From Octopus vulgaris (Eukaryota), in contig OX597816.1 of the NCBI GenBank assembly GCA_951406725.2, forward strand, positions 35,898,001-35,962,000: 64,000 nucleotides of DNA, given 5' to 3'. The stretch's first letter is position 1. Every line of letters begins with the position of its first letter. Below are positions 14,301 through 27,381 of the stretch, piece by piece. Made by a program: the position numbers and the translations under genes. The notes beneath the pieces were generated by a model. The model saw nothing but the letters and a program-made list of their open reading frames with translations, made no database searches and had not been told where the DNA came from.

Positions 14301-15017
14301 TTCAGACCAACTTCGCTTAGTGGGATATTTTTACATATCGGTAGTGTTCGTTCAAATATGTGTATGTATTTGTGCATCAGCACCACACGTACACGCACAC
14401 GCACACACACAGACGCACACACATCAAACACAGATAAAGAGAGAATTATTATATTGTAGTTGACACGTTGGTTTTAGTACTAGAAAAATAAATCGTCCAT
14501 TTTAGAATAAGAGATTTGTTGAGTAAACTGAACAGTGCAGCGATTACAAAGGAGCAATGTCACATTCATTTGTAAAATATACGAACAAATAAAATTTTGG
14601 AGGGGAAACCCTTTATTAAACGCTCATCGAAAGTATGTCAATGGTTTAGGGCCCCGTTTTCTTCCCTCGAGAGCATCCATATACATAGACCATTCGTTCA
14701 TACACGGACCAATCTTTCAAGTTTTGTTATTTAATCGTTATATCACAGTTGCGATGTAGACATAACTTATTGTCTTGATGTTCAGAAATGCTGAAGAGTT
14801 TCCAGTAACAAGACTCCGCACACTTTTCATCTTCTAATCAGAAAATTAAATGACCAGCTAAGCTATCGTAGAGAAAACTCGGTTTAATCAATGACTGTAT
14901 TTCGCAAATATTTATGTCATCAACCAATCAATCAGAAGGAAACATATTGTCGGACTCCAGATACAACTGAAGACGATAAAGAGAAGCGTCCCTCACCCAA
15001 GGTATACAGGCATGGAG

Positions 15018-15049
<32 letters not shown>

Positions 15050-15053
<4 letters not shown>

Positions 15054-17895
15054 TGTATGGGTGTGTCCGTGTATGTGTGTATGTATGTGTGTGTATGTAG
15101 CTGTGTGGGCGTGTGTATATGTGTGTGTATGTAGGTGTGTAGGCGTGTGTATATAGGTGTATGTATGTATGTCTGGGTGTGTCCGTGCATGTTTGTGTGT
15201 GTGTGTGTATGCATGTGTATGTAGGTGTGTGTGTACGTGTGTAATGTATGTGTGTATGCGTGTGTATGCGTGCGTGTGTGTATGTAGGTGCGTGTGTATG
15301 TGTGTGGGAGTGTAGGTGTGTGTGTGCGTGTGCGTGTTTATGTTGGTGTGTGCGTATGTGAGTGTGAGTGTATGAGTGTTTGTCATGCATGTGTGTGCGC
15401 GTGCAGGTGAGTGTGTGTGTAAGTATGTGTGTGTGTATGTTTGTGTGAGTGTGTATGTGTGTATGTCTGTGTGTATGTATGTGCGTATAGGAGTATGTAG
15501 GTATGTGTGTGTGTATGTATATGGGTGTATGTATGTATGTGTGTGTGTGTGCACTCCTCTCTGATGCCCTCACCCGCGCCCGTCGCATCGACCGCACTAC
15601 CGCCTTGTCTCCTTCCCCCCGCCCACCCCCCAACCGCACCCCCTTCCCCCTCCTTTCCACCCCTCTACCCTACCCCTTCGTCGCAAGATACTACGTGCCT
15701 TCCGTCGCCTCCAGCTTGATCCCACCACCCGCCCCATTTTCCCTAACCAACCCCTGTCCTCTTTCAAACGAGCCCGCAATCTGCGTGACCTCCTGGTCCA
15801 CAGCACCCTCTCCCCTTCCCCCTCAGCCCCACACGGATCATTCCCTTGCTCTAGATCCCGCTGCAACACTTGCCCCTTCATCACCAACACCACCGCTGTC
15901 ACCGGCTCCAACCTGCATACTGTACGCATTAGGCACTCTTTTACGTGCACCTCGTCTGGCCTTATTTACTGCATTAAATGCAACCTATGCGGGATGCTGT
16001 ATGTAGGTCAGACGGGACGCCGGTTGTCCGACCGTTTCACTGAACACTTGAGGGACGTTCGCCTACACTCTTTTTCTCCCGTCGCACGCCACTTCCGCTC
16101 GGCCGGCCATTCCCGAGATGACATCTCAGTGTTTGGTCTCGCCCCCCACAATGGTCGCCCACTTTCCAGGCTCCACTTGGAGCAACGCTACATCTTCACC
16201 CTACAAACTGCCACCCCACACGGACTTAACACAGCCCCCTCCTCTTGAGACCGTTTTTTTTTTTTTTTTTTTTTCCGGACACACCACCCACACACACCCA
16301 CCCACCTACCTCCCACCCACCTACCTACCTCCCACACGCCTGTTCACACACACACATACGTAGACCCATCTACGTACATACATTCACACATTTAATCACA
16401 CACACTTACAGACACACATGCACATACACACACACATACATACATACACACACGCATACATACTTACACACACACACACACACACACAGACATACATACA
16501 CACATACACACACACATACATACGCACATACATACACACACACTCACACACACACACCGCACGTACATACTTGACACACACACACCGCACGTACATACTT
16601 CACACACACACATGCACACATACATGTAGGCACATACATACATACATACCCACACATGCACACCCGTACACTGAATGCACACACACATACACCTTTTTGC
16701 ATCCAGGCAGCCCCCCTCTTTTCTGCTTTCCGGTTTTGGCTGATGGATCCTCGGTTCCCGCGTAGCGGGGCGTTCGAGGGCCTTTGCGCTCGCGCGCCTT
16801 GGCGCGCGCTGGCGGCTCGGTCGGCCCCTTTGGGCTTGCGTTGCACTGCTTGTGCGTTGTGTGCGCGAGCGCGCTTCGTGTGTGTGGGCTTGCTTCGGAT
16901 GTGCGCTTGCGTATGTTTGCATACATACCCACACACTCGCATGCATCCCTACCCACATACATACACGCACACCTACTCACACACACACATACACACACAC
17001 ATACCCACACACACACACACACATACATACATACACACACATACCCACTTCAGACATACACACACACAGACATACACCCATACACCCACACTCACACGCA
17101 TACACACACACACATACACACGCACACGTACACATACACACACACACACACCCACATACATACATTACACTTGTATACACACACACTTACATTCATACAC
17201 ACACACACCTACACAGCCATACCCTCACTCAGACACACACATCTACCTACACACACACAAACACACACTGACACACACCCATACATAGATACATCTACAC
17301 ACTCACGCCTACACACATACATACACACATACATAAACACACACACATACACATACACACACATACGCACACACGCATATACTTATACACATGCACACAC
17401 ACACACATACATACATACACCCATATACATACACACACACATACCTACATACTCCTATACGCACATACATACACACAGACATACACACATACACACTCAC
17501 ACAAACATACACACACACATACTTACACACACACTCACCTGCACGCGCACACACATGCATGACAAACACTCATACACTCACACTCACATACGCACACACC
17601 AACATAAACACGCACACGCACACACACACCTACACTCCCACACACATACACACGCACCTACATACACACACGCACGCATACACACGCATACACACATACA
17701 TTACACACGTACACACACACCTACATACACATGCATACACACACACACACAAACATGCACGGACACACCCAGACATACATACATACACCTATATACACAC
17801 GCCTACACACCTACATACACACACATATACACACGCCCACACAGCTACATACACACACATACATACACACATACACGGACACACCCATACATACT
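15050..17895. repeat. 504-bp inverted duplication (15050-15553 vs 17392-17895) of cryptic (CA)-rich PLE 3' UTR
   Basis: Identical irregular pseudo-translations on opposite strands (ORF 14928-15554 minus vs 17391+ plus); the left copy abuts (TA)n on one side and the PLE 5' truncation point on the other. Confidence 0.9.
15655..16248 (+). CDS. PLE zinc-linker plus GIY-YIG endonuclease (open frame upstream of the track's Met at 15994; frameshift near 15650)
   Basis: FKRARNLRDLLVHS...CSRSRCNTCPF...FTCTSSGLIYCIKCNLCGMLYVGQTGRRLSDRFTEH...PVARHF...EQRYIFTLQTATPHGLN. Confidence 0.88.
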   Translation, partial: FHPSTLPLRRKILRAFRRLQLDPTTRPIFPNQPLSSFKRARNLRDLLVHSTLSPSPSAPHGSFPCSRSRCNTCPFITNTTAVTGSNLHTVRIRHSFTCTSSGLIYCIKCNLCGMLYVGQTGRRLSDRFTEHLRDVRLHSFSPVARHFRSAGHSRDDISVFGLAPHNGRPLSRLHLEQRYIFTLQTATPHGLNTAPSS

Positions 17896-19145
17896 TACAT
17901 ACATACACCTATACACACCTACACACACACATGCACACACACACACATGTACGCACATACACACACATATACGCACACACATATATACCCACACACATGC
18001 ACACACACACACACATACGCACATACATGCACGCATGCACACGCGCACACCTACACGCATACACACACACACACGCACGTACACATACATACATACACAC
18101 ACGCATACATACACCCATACACATACATGCATCCTACACACACATACATACACACTCACACATACATACACACACACGCACTCACTCACACACCTGTATG
18201 TTCGCGCACACACATGCACATACACACACTTCCCCACACCCACACGTACATACATACACACTCATACACACACACACACACACACACGGACATACATCTA
18301 TGCACACACATATATACACACATACTCACATACATTCATCGGACACACTGCCACCCAGACATACACACAGACACACTCACACATCCACACGCACACATAC
18401 GTACGCGCACACTCGCAGGCTCGCGCACACACGCGTTTGCGCCGGTTCGCGCACGCATGCGCCCCGCATGCACCTCGCCCTTGGACCCGACGAGACCTCC
18501 CGCCCGTTCCTGGGATGTCGCTTGTCGTTGGGTTTTCCCACGCCCGTCTCCGCGGGACCACTCTTCCATCTTCCCCTCCGCTGGAGTCCTTTTCCTACCC
18601 CCCCCTTTTTTTCGTTACACACGCGCGCACACATATACACACATTGCTTAAACATATACATCACTCTTACACACATTCAATCTACTCGCCACTAATACTA
18701 CCACGACACTGGACACACACACACACTACTACTCAACACACGCTGGCACGCTACATACGCCCCCACCCCTTCCCTCCCTCCCTTCCTCCTTCCTCCCTTT
18801 TCTCACTACTGACCTTTGTCTGCTATGCTGCTGCTATGCTGACCACCGTCTCGCCCTACCTCACACGCCTACACACAGACGCACACACTAACACATACAT
18901 ATATTTTTTGTTTTTTTACCTCGCCTCACACACACACATACACACACGCACACGCACACACTCACACATACACACACATCTGTTGCGTTACCAACCTTGT
19001 CTCCACTCTTTTGCCTTTAAAAACCCACTTTGCTCTTGTTATCGTAAACATCCGCCTTTCACCATGTGCTACTCCTAACACCAGCCGTTTTTTCTCTATC
19101 TCCGTTGCCCGCTCCGGGATCTTTCTTTCCTCTCTCTTCCTTCTT

Positions 19146-19184
19146 TATGTTTCCGACGAAGAGCTCCGCTCGAAACGTCATACC
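19146..19184 (+). ncRNA. Minimal hammerhead, U4C variant, at the PLE 3' end
   Basis: CCGACGA-a-gagc(tcc)gctc-GAAAC-GTC; stem I is weak. Confidence 0.6.
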
Positions 19185-19218
19185 ACCCTGCTTCCATTTC
19201 CTGAGCGCCTATTAATAA

Positions 19219-19276
<58 letters not shown>

Positions 19277-19372
19277 TATATGTATGTATATACATATATA
19301 CGAATATATGTATATATGAATGCGTGAGCGTGTGTATGTGTATGAATAAGGGTGCATTTATATATACATATA

Positions 19373-19403
<31 letters not shown>

Positions 19404-19463
19404 GTTTATACATATGCGCACGTAGGCACACACACGCACATACACACAAACCCACAGAGATAT

Positions 19464-19555
<92 letters not shown>

Positions 19556-19903
19556 GTTAAGACGGCAAGTAAATTCACTCAGAAAATGATTGCTCATTTG
19601 CCTTGGGCTGTATTATTATATACTTCTCCAATATACCCCAAAGCATAACAGTTCCGAATTTCGTTGTATCTCGGTTGTGATATAATGAACCTCTACAGAT
19701 TTACCATGCTATTAATATGCATCAAGCATATTCAGACTGATGATAGCATTGCAATTTTACTTGCCACTGCTTTGCGTTCAAACTCCATAGTTTACTTACG
19801 GTGATCCGCCGCCGTATAGCGCTGCCAGTCATAGCACGCTCATTGAAAAAAGTATTAGAAATGTAATCTCTGAACTCAACTCTTAGTGTCGTCTGTTTAG
19901 TGT

Positions 19904-19951
19904 CTGTGACCGATGAGGAGTTAATTACTCCGAAATGCTAGTATCTCACAG
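19904..19951 (+). ncRNA. Orphan type I hammerhead, U4C variant
   Basis: ctgtga-CCGATGA-ggagt(taatt)actcc-GAAAT-gcta-GTA-tctcacag; perfect 5-bp stem II. Confidence 0.7.
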
Positions 19952-21311
19952 CCTAGGTAGATGGCACTGCGAGCTGATCTATATGTATACACGCCATTTG
20001 TCAACAAGCAAATATATTCTCCCTGACAAAACGAAGTGAGTAGCTTGTTCCCCAGTTCGAACATGCATCGGACTGATAATAACATTGCAATTTTACCATA
20101 CTACATTTACCATTCAACAACTCAATATGTAATCTGGCCCCTATCAAGCTTAGAGTATGATTTCAATCTCTCATTGGTTTTGCAATTTAAATTATAATGT
20201 TTCATTTCTGAAGAGCTTGCAGCCTTTCTCATTAAGATGAAATGATTACTTATTCAACGTGTTTATATCACACCATTTGTACATTAGTCGATTGCTAATT
20301 GACTTCCTACAACGTGTTTCCAAACTCATATCCCATATGTTAATCCTTTAATGCATATCTGCCTCTTATACTTTCGGCATTTAGATGATTGTCATCTATG
20401 AATAGCAAGTATTTCTAGATCCTCTTAATACTTTCGCTACATCTCTTTATGGAATTAAGATACAATTAAGGGACAAATACCTGCCTGACCCCTTTTTCTA
20501 TATAGAAGTTTTGATCATTCCGAGATTTAAGAATGAATTTCAACTTATAAACTACTTACTATAAATCTCGCTCTTTATCGCATACACTATGATCAGCTGA
20601 AATAAATTATCAATTACTTAGTTATGATTTAAGCTCATTATAATGCATGTATTACGGTAACTTATTTTAAGTGATTGCTTTTTTAACTGGGTTATCATTT
20701 ATAACTTATAACTTTGAAATAAATGCTACCTAGGTAGTTTTGTATGTGTTTTTATATTACTGCAAGATCACATTCTTTATCGAATATACAACGTAATATT
20801 CACATGAAACATAAATATTGCAATCCAATATACATTCCCATACAATATAAATATTGTAATATTCTCCTATGCTATTTCAGCAGATAACGTTTGACCTTCA
20901 GTATTTTCTCTGAGATATATTACCTGCTGGTTATTATAGCCATCAGCACAGAAAACAATATTTAATTACATCTTGCTTTAGATAGGTGTTATGTTTTATT
21001 TGTTTCAGCCATTAGACTGCAGATATGCTGACATACGGCGTTGAAGAATTTTAATTCAACATATCGACACCAGTACATATTATTGAGTGAGAAAGCAGTG
21101 CATGCCATCAAAGTGAAACTGGGGTAAAATATACGAAGCCCAGTATACCCATTCTTTTCAACACAGGGATATGATGCTCCCCCACTACTTATGCTCATGA
21201 TCAGACATGCACATATCGTCAGCCACTAAGGGGCATGTTCAACTGGCTAAGGTCAAACAACAGACATACAAATCTATGGTATTGAGCAGAATATTTGCTG
21301 TAGCCATTCTT

Positions 21312-23980
21312 TGAAGAGTGCCTTAGCAAAGTCAAGTCCTTCCTTCGGAAGTACCCCTCCGGAAACATACTGGTGATGGGTGATTTTAACTTCCCTCATG
21401 TGAACTGGCCCACAAATACTCTGAAGTTAGGCAAGTGCTCTACATCAGATAGAGCAGCAGCAGAACTGCTCTTTAATCTGATGGATGAGTATTTCCTGAC
21501 TCAGCTAGTGCTTGAACCAACGAGACAGAATAAAACGATCTTGGATCTGGTACTGACCAATCACTCTAGCTACGTTCACAGCATTTCAGTCGAAAAACTC
21601 TCCTCTCAGACCACGACATGGTACTCTGCAATCTTAATTCCCGACGTATAAAAACCAAACCAGCCAATCCCACTCCATAGCACCCATTTGACAACATAAA
21701 TTTCCACAAAGGATCTGTCTTCCATCGACTGGTCTTTTACTCTCAATTCCCCTCATATTGAGACCGCGTGGCAGCACTTTGAAACCATTGTCACCGACAC
21801 ATGCTCTAAACACGCTCCCAAGAAATCTACTAACACAAACAGAAACCGGCTCCCTAAAAAGAAAAAAAACACTCATCAGGCGCATCAAAAGACTCAACAA
21901 AAAAATCAACCAATTAAAATATTCCCACACGCAACATCCACATTCAACAACAATGAAAAGACTAGAGCTGGAAAAACTTCATCTGCAGACTAACATGAAA
22001 ACCTCCATTGAAAATCAAAGAGCTGTGGAGGAACAATGGGTAATCAAAAACATCAAACAGAACCCAAAAGTGTTCTATTCTTATGCAAATAAGCATAGAA
22101 CCACTGTCTCACCTATTGGGCCATTGATTGATGAAAACGGCATTCCCCAACAGAAATACTGCAGAAACAATATTGCTCTGTCTTCAGTGTTCCCACTGAT
22201 ATTGATGTGAGGGAAACGAACGAAAGCTGACTCCCAACACAAAATCGCAGACATAACCTTCACTGCCACCGACATCGTAGCAGCAATAAATGAGGTCAAA
22301 CATTACTCTGCTGTAGGCCCTGATAGATTTCCCGCCAGTCTCCTGAAGGAATGTAGATATCAACTTGCAGTCCCTCTGACCAACCTCTGGAGAAACTCGT
22401 TAGACGCAGGTTATATACCGAAAAAGTTTCTATCCCAGTCGGTCATCCCGGTTTTCAAACAGGGAAACAGATCCCTCGCAGTCAACTATCGCCCAATCTC
22501 ACTCACCTCCCACATCATTAAAGTGTTTGAAAGAGTGTTAAGATCAAGGATAGCTGACGTCCTGGAGACCGACAAACTCCTAAATTCAAATCAGCATGGC
22601 TTTCGCTGTGGCAGGGACTGTCTAACACAGCTCTTACACCACATTGAAGATGTACTCAAAGCCTTGGGAACAGGTTCGAACTCTGACGTCATATACCTTG
22701 ACTTCAGTAAAGCGTTCGACAGGGTAGACCATAACATCCTACTCTCAAAATTGGCAAATGTTGGAATCCGTGGAAAAGTTCTACACTGGATTCAGTATTT
22801 CCTAGCGAATAGAACACAACATGTTGTAGTTGATGGAGTCGACTCAAACCCAGCAAAAGTCACCAGCGGTGTTCCCCAGGGAACTGTTTTGGGTCCGCTA
22901 CTCTTCATAATTTATGTAAACGACCTTTCCAGTGTCGTACATCACTGCAAAGTGAAAATATTCGCTGATGACACTAAGCTCCAGCAAATCGTCAATGAAG
23001 AAGCAGACCGAACTCAACTCCAGTCTGACCTATATGCTGTGAGTCAATGGGCAGACAGAAACAAAATGCAACTGAATGAGGGAAAATTTGAGCTGATGCA
23101 TTTTGGAAGAAATTCCTCACTAAAACAACCATACTCTCTTCCTTCAGGGGAACCGCTCACAGCCTCTAACAATATCAGAGACCTGGGTGTAATTGTTGAT
23201 GACGATCTCAGTTGGAGTGCACACATCAACAAGAAGGTCGATACAGCTCGTAGGATGAGTTCCTGGATCTTAAGAACTTTCCGGTCCAGAGAACAAGGTG
23301 TCATCATACCACTTTTTTCATCCTTTGTACGGCCACACCTTGAATACTGCTGCCCACTGTGGTCTCCTCACACAAGACAAAACATCTCCAGAATTGAGTC
23401 ACCCCAGAGGGCTCTCACTAAACAAATTGAAGGCATGGCTGCTCTCGATTATTGGGATCGCCTTAAAGCCTTGAAACTTTACTCCCTCCAGCGTCGCCGT
23501 GAGCGGTACATCATTTGTACGATGTGGAAAATATACCGCCAACTTTGCCCAAACGACCTAAACATTAGCTTCAAGGTTCATCCAAGACTTGGACCACGGG
23601 CTATACGTCCCTTGCCAAATTCAAGATCACAACATACATGTACACTGCAACATAATTTCTTTTCCTCAACAGGCCCTGCCCTATTTAACATTGTCCCGAG
23701 GGAGATCAAAGAGGAAAAGGATCCCATCAACTTCAAACAGAGTCTGGATAGATTCCTTCAAAGAATACCAGATAAGCCACCCATAATTGGATACAACTCA
23801 CCCAACAAGAACTCACTACTTGAACAAAACTGGATACAACTCACCCAACAAGAACTCACTACTTGAACAAAACTTGACTTAAACAGGATTCGAATAATCC
23901 TATCAGGTGGTGCTATTAAGTTAGACATGGCCTGGACCAATCTCTGGTCGAAACATATCTAAGTTTTATCTAAGTTTTAT
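21312..23980 (+). mobile_element. 5'-truncated CR1-group LINE (APE endonuclease C-terminus + RT), nested in the TAA-associated element
   Basis: VMGDFNFPHVNW...TR..ILDLVLTN; RT ORF; 3' tandem tail atctaagtttt x2; host sequence resumes at 23975. Confidence 0.9.
22523..23866 (+). CDS. LINE reverse transcriptase domain (upstream part frameshifted)
   Basis: QHGFR, YLDFSKAFDRVDH, SGVPQGTVLGPLLF, IFADDTKL, HLEYCCPLWSP, LYSLQRRRER; ~43-bp tandem duplication at the C-terminus (~23790-23875). Confidence 0.92.
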   Translation: MFERVLRSRIADVLETDKLLNSNQHGFRCGRDCLTQLLHHIEDVLKALGTGSNSDVIYLDFSKAFDRVDHNILLSKLANVGIRGKVLHWIQYFLANRTQHVVVDGVDSNPAKVTSGVPQGTVLGPLLFIIYVNDLSSVVHHCKVKIFADDTKLQQIVNEEADRTQLQSDLYAVSQWADRNKMQLNEGKFELMHFGRNSSLKQPYSLPSGEPLTASNNIRDLGVIVDDDLSWSAHINKKVDTARRMSSWILRTFRSREQGVIIPLFSSFVRPHLEYCCPLWSPHTRQNISRIESPQRALTKQIEGMAALDYWDRLKALKLYSLQRRRERYIICTMWKIYRQLCPNDLNISFKVHPRLGPRAIRPLPNSRSQHTCTLQHNFFSSTGPALFNIVPREIKEEKDPINFKQSLDRFLQRIPDKPPIIGYNSPNKNSLLEQNWIQLTQQELTT

Positions 23981-24069
23981 GCCAATACAAAACAATGCAC
24001 ATGATAACACTTCCAATCAGTTGTGATCAGGAGCCAAGAGAGCGACTGCCTGGTACAACATTAGGGCAT

Positions 24070-24137
<68 letters not shown>

Positions 24138-24436
24138 GAGTGAGAGAGCAGTTCATGCCATCAAAGTGACACTGGGGTAAAATATACGAAGCCCAATATA
24201 CCCATCATGACTACCCGTCTGATAAGGGTACACCAGGCACATGCATCAACTCTCCTAACCCCTTCATCCATTTCTACGCTCCTCATCTCTTTAATTATCC
24301 TTATTATACGTCATTATTATTATTATTTTTACCATTATCATTATCATCATTATTATTATTGTTATTATCATTATTATTGTTATTATAATTATTATTGTTG
24401 TTGTTGTTGTTGTTATTATTATTATTATTATTATTA

Positions 24437-24544
<108 letters not shown>

Positions 24545-25479
24545 GTATCATCGCTGTTGTTACAGAGATTTGTTTTCTTCGGGTTTCTTTCCCCTTCTTA
24601 TGTTATTCTATCTTTTTATTTGTTTTTGTTTTTGTTGTTCTTGTATATATTTATTCCTTTTTTTAATTTGGTTATTTCTCTTTGGTGTTTGAATTTCCTG
24701 TTTCATGTTTCCTTAACATTGTTGTTTTATTCCTCAGGGTAAATTCTTTGAGTTTTTCCAGGATATTATCTTAAATATCAAATAAGCGATGTGTTAAGTT
24801 GTAATTCTTAAGAAGTCTAATCGATAATACCATCAAATAGATTGACATTTTCAGTATTACTCCGAATTATTTTGTCTATCAGTAGTTACATCGTGCGCTT
24901 CTTCTAATTCGTTCGTTCTCGCAGTAATAGCGCTGATTACGCATAGTACTTTCCTTCTTTAAGATATTATGACGAAACGCAGAACACGACGAAATAGTGA
25001 AGCTAATAAGACGAGTGACTGAATTTTTATTCTTCTGAACACACACTTTATGGAAAGAAACTACGGCTTTGTCTAAGGAACAAAACGCAGTTAGAGTTTA
25101 ACATTCTGCAGATTAATTATTCGTGCGTTGATTAATAATGAGGTGTTTAACAAAAGCGGATCGTAAGTCACTCTGTTTAGGGATTTTAATCCTGTACTTA
25201 GGAGAAAAAAGATGCAGGTGCAATGGCATTGACAAAATAAAGAACAATATCATGACGTAATTGTTTCAATGATTCAAAGGTCCTATAATCCAAGGGAAAT
25301 TTTGGGCAATTTCGTGGCTATCCTAATTGTGTTAGTTGCATGTAAGATAGGCGCGAGTGAGTCACATGACGCAATGAATCGTTTAAATATCACTGTAATG
25401 TTCTTACAAGAAACTTCTTTACTAGAAATAGCAACTAAATCTCCATAACAACAGGCGTTAGTTAGTTAGTTAATTTGGC

Positions 25480-27381
25480 TCAAAAACAAATAGCAAGGCC
25501 ATGTAGGGGGACATGGGCGAGAATGAGATCACCACGGCGGCGGCGTTTTTCAAGAGAATAAAGGTCGAGCGTCCTCAGCCTTTCTTCGTAGGACAAATTT
25601 TTGAGACCATGAACCATGCGGGTAGCCAGCCCCTGGACTCTTTCGAGATGCTGTATGTCTTTGAGGAGATAAGGAGAAGAGGCTTGAATCCCATACTCCA
25701 ATATGGGTCTCACCAGCGTGACATAGAGTGGTAGGAATATGGCTGCTGTGAGCATTCCGAATGACCGTCGAATCAAGAACAGAATTCCGCGTGCTTTGTT
25801 GGCAGCATGGACGCACTGGGCCGAAGGCGAAAAGGAGGAATCCACCAAGATACCTAGGTCCTTTACCTGATCGGTCCTCTCCAGCAGCAGACGACCCGGC
25901 TCGAAATCAAGTTGAGTCGCAGGAGTAGAGCCGACAGGCAGATGACAGCACTTTGACACGTTCAGACACAGGTCCCAATTGTTAGACCACTTCCAAATTT
26001 GGTGGAGGCATCGACGAAGATCCTCTATATTACCGCGAGGAGCGAACAGTTTGATATCGTCGGCAAATAGAAGGGTGTGTTGCGTGAGGTCGTCGGGCAA
26101 GTCATTTATGAAGACTAAGAACAACAAGGGCCCAAGCACTGAACCTTGAGGCACTCCACTGCTCGCACTGGAGACGTCGGACCGCGAACCATTAACTTGG
26201 ACTTGGAAGGAGCTATCTGAGAGGAAGGCACCAACCCATCGTACAATATCCTGATGGAAACTATATGCTTGAAGCTTGACAAGCAAGAGGCGGTGGTTTA
26301 CCGAGTCAAAAGCTTTGGCAAAGTTCAGTAAAACGATGTCAACAGCATCACTATCATCGAGGATGGGCGTCACCAATTCTTCCATTACTAGTAGGTTGGT
26401 CAAGCATGATCTCTTCGGCACGAAGCCGTGTTGGGAATCAGAGATAGAGGCTGTGTTTAGGAGGTGGAGCATCATACTTTTCTTAAGGATGGTTTCGAAC
26501 ATCTTGCTGATAATTGATGTAAGGGAAACCGGTCGGTAGTTAAGCGGGTCTTCGCGGCTCCCTTTCTTGAAAATTGGGCAGATTATCGCTGTTCTCCAGT
26601 CAGCAGGTATAACACCCGTCGCCAATGACATATTGAATAGTCGTGTTAAGGGCTCGCAGATGACCGGAGCCAACGCTTTGATAACCCGTGGGTGTATGCC
26701 GTCAGGGCCGTGACCTTTGTTGACATCGAGGCCTTGAATAACACGTTTGACTTCGTCCCGCGTGATGACCAATCGAAGCATTGGAGGTACTGATCTATCA
26801 AATGGAGGGGGTTCACGACCATCATCTTGTTTGAAAATAGTTGAAAAAGCCTTGGCAAATAATTGACTCTGTTGATAAGGGTCCTCAATCGATACGCCTG
26901 TTGAGTCTACCAACGTTGCAATCTGGTTGTTCAAGCGGGAATTCCGCTGGACATGGGCAAAGAAGGTTTTTGGATTGCTACTGGCATTTGCCGCGATTTT
27001 GTATTCGTAACTGAAGCGTTCTTTCTTTTCAATTTTCACGGCTCGGTCTCGTTGAGTTTTGTACACCTCAAAAGCTGCAGTCGAATCCAGATTTTTGAAT
27101 TCAGCCCAAGCAATATCTCTGAGTCGACGTTCTCGTTTAACCCTCTTCGTCACCCAGGACTTGTGTTTCTTCCTCTTGGGAAGCCCAACGGGAACTGCCT
27201 GGTCAGTCAAACAGATTACATATGCTTTGAGGGATGACCATAGTTCGTCAACTGAGGACAACGTCATCAGGGATCGCCAGTCCAGAAGCGCGAAATCCTC
27301 GGTTAGAATTTCAAGATTAATTGCAGAGAAGACTCTACGTGGCAGCGAAGTAGTCGTGGGCGTAGAAAAAGTTGTGTGCAT
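25480..27381 (-). CDS. CR1-group LINE ORF2 fragment (RT), truncated at both ends; first catalytic Asp replaced by Asn
   Basis: GPDGIHP, NYRPVSLTS, QHGFVPKRSC, LLNFAKAFDSV (canonical LDF), SGVPQGSVLGP, LFADDIKL, LYSLEKRRRRGDLI then an abrupt end. Confidence 0.92.
   Translation of the reverse strand: MHTTFSTPTTTSLPRRVFSAINLEILTEDFALLDWRSLMTLSSVDELWSSLKAYVICLTDQAVPVGLPKRKKHKSWVTKRVKRERRLRDIAWAEFKNLDSTAAFEVYKTQRDRAVKIEKKERFSYEYKIAANASSNPKTFFAHVQRNSRLNNQIATLVDSTGVSIEDPYQQSQLFAKAFSTIFKQDDGREPPPFDRSVPPMLRLVITRDEVKRVIQGLDVNKGHGPDGIHPRVIKALAPVICEPLTRLFNMSLATGVIPADWRTAIICPIFKKGSREDPLNYRPVSLTSIISKMFETILKKSMMLHLLNTASISDSQHGFVPKRSCLTNLLVMEELVTPILDDSDAVDIVLLNFAKAFDSVNHRLLLVKLQAYSFHQDIVRWVGAFLSDSSFQVQVNGSRSDVSSASSGVPQGSVLGPLLFLVFINDLPDDLTQHTLLFADDIKLFAPRGNIEDLRRCLHQIWKWSNNWDLCLNVSKCCHLPVGSTPATQLDFEPGRLLLERTDQVKDLGILVDSSFSPSAQCVHAANKARGILFLIRRSFGMLTAAIFLPLYVTLVRPILEYGIQASSPYLLKDIQHLERVQGLATRMVHGLKNLSYEERLRTLDLYSLEKRRRRGDLILAHVPLHGLAICF

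Larger units (their letters stand above)
15554..19220 (+). mobile_element. 5'-truncated Neptune-like PLE (thumb/linker, GIY-YIG EN, long CA-rich 3' UTR, terminal HHR)
   Basis: Endonuclease ORF, then HHR at ~19153 and tail cctgagcg... before (TA)n; related tail sequence at ~49743-49823. Confidence 0.85.

Noticed and set aside
14930-14990. GAAAC...GTC...CTGAAGA arrangement (type II HHR?)
   Set aside because: Stems I and II cannot be paired
16784-19078. 764-aa His/Thr-rich ORF and many YIYI/CVCV ORFs
   Set aside because: Translation of (CA)/(TA) simple repeats that lack stop codons; no domain signature
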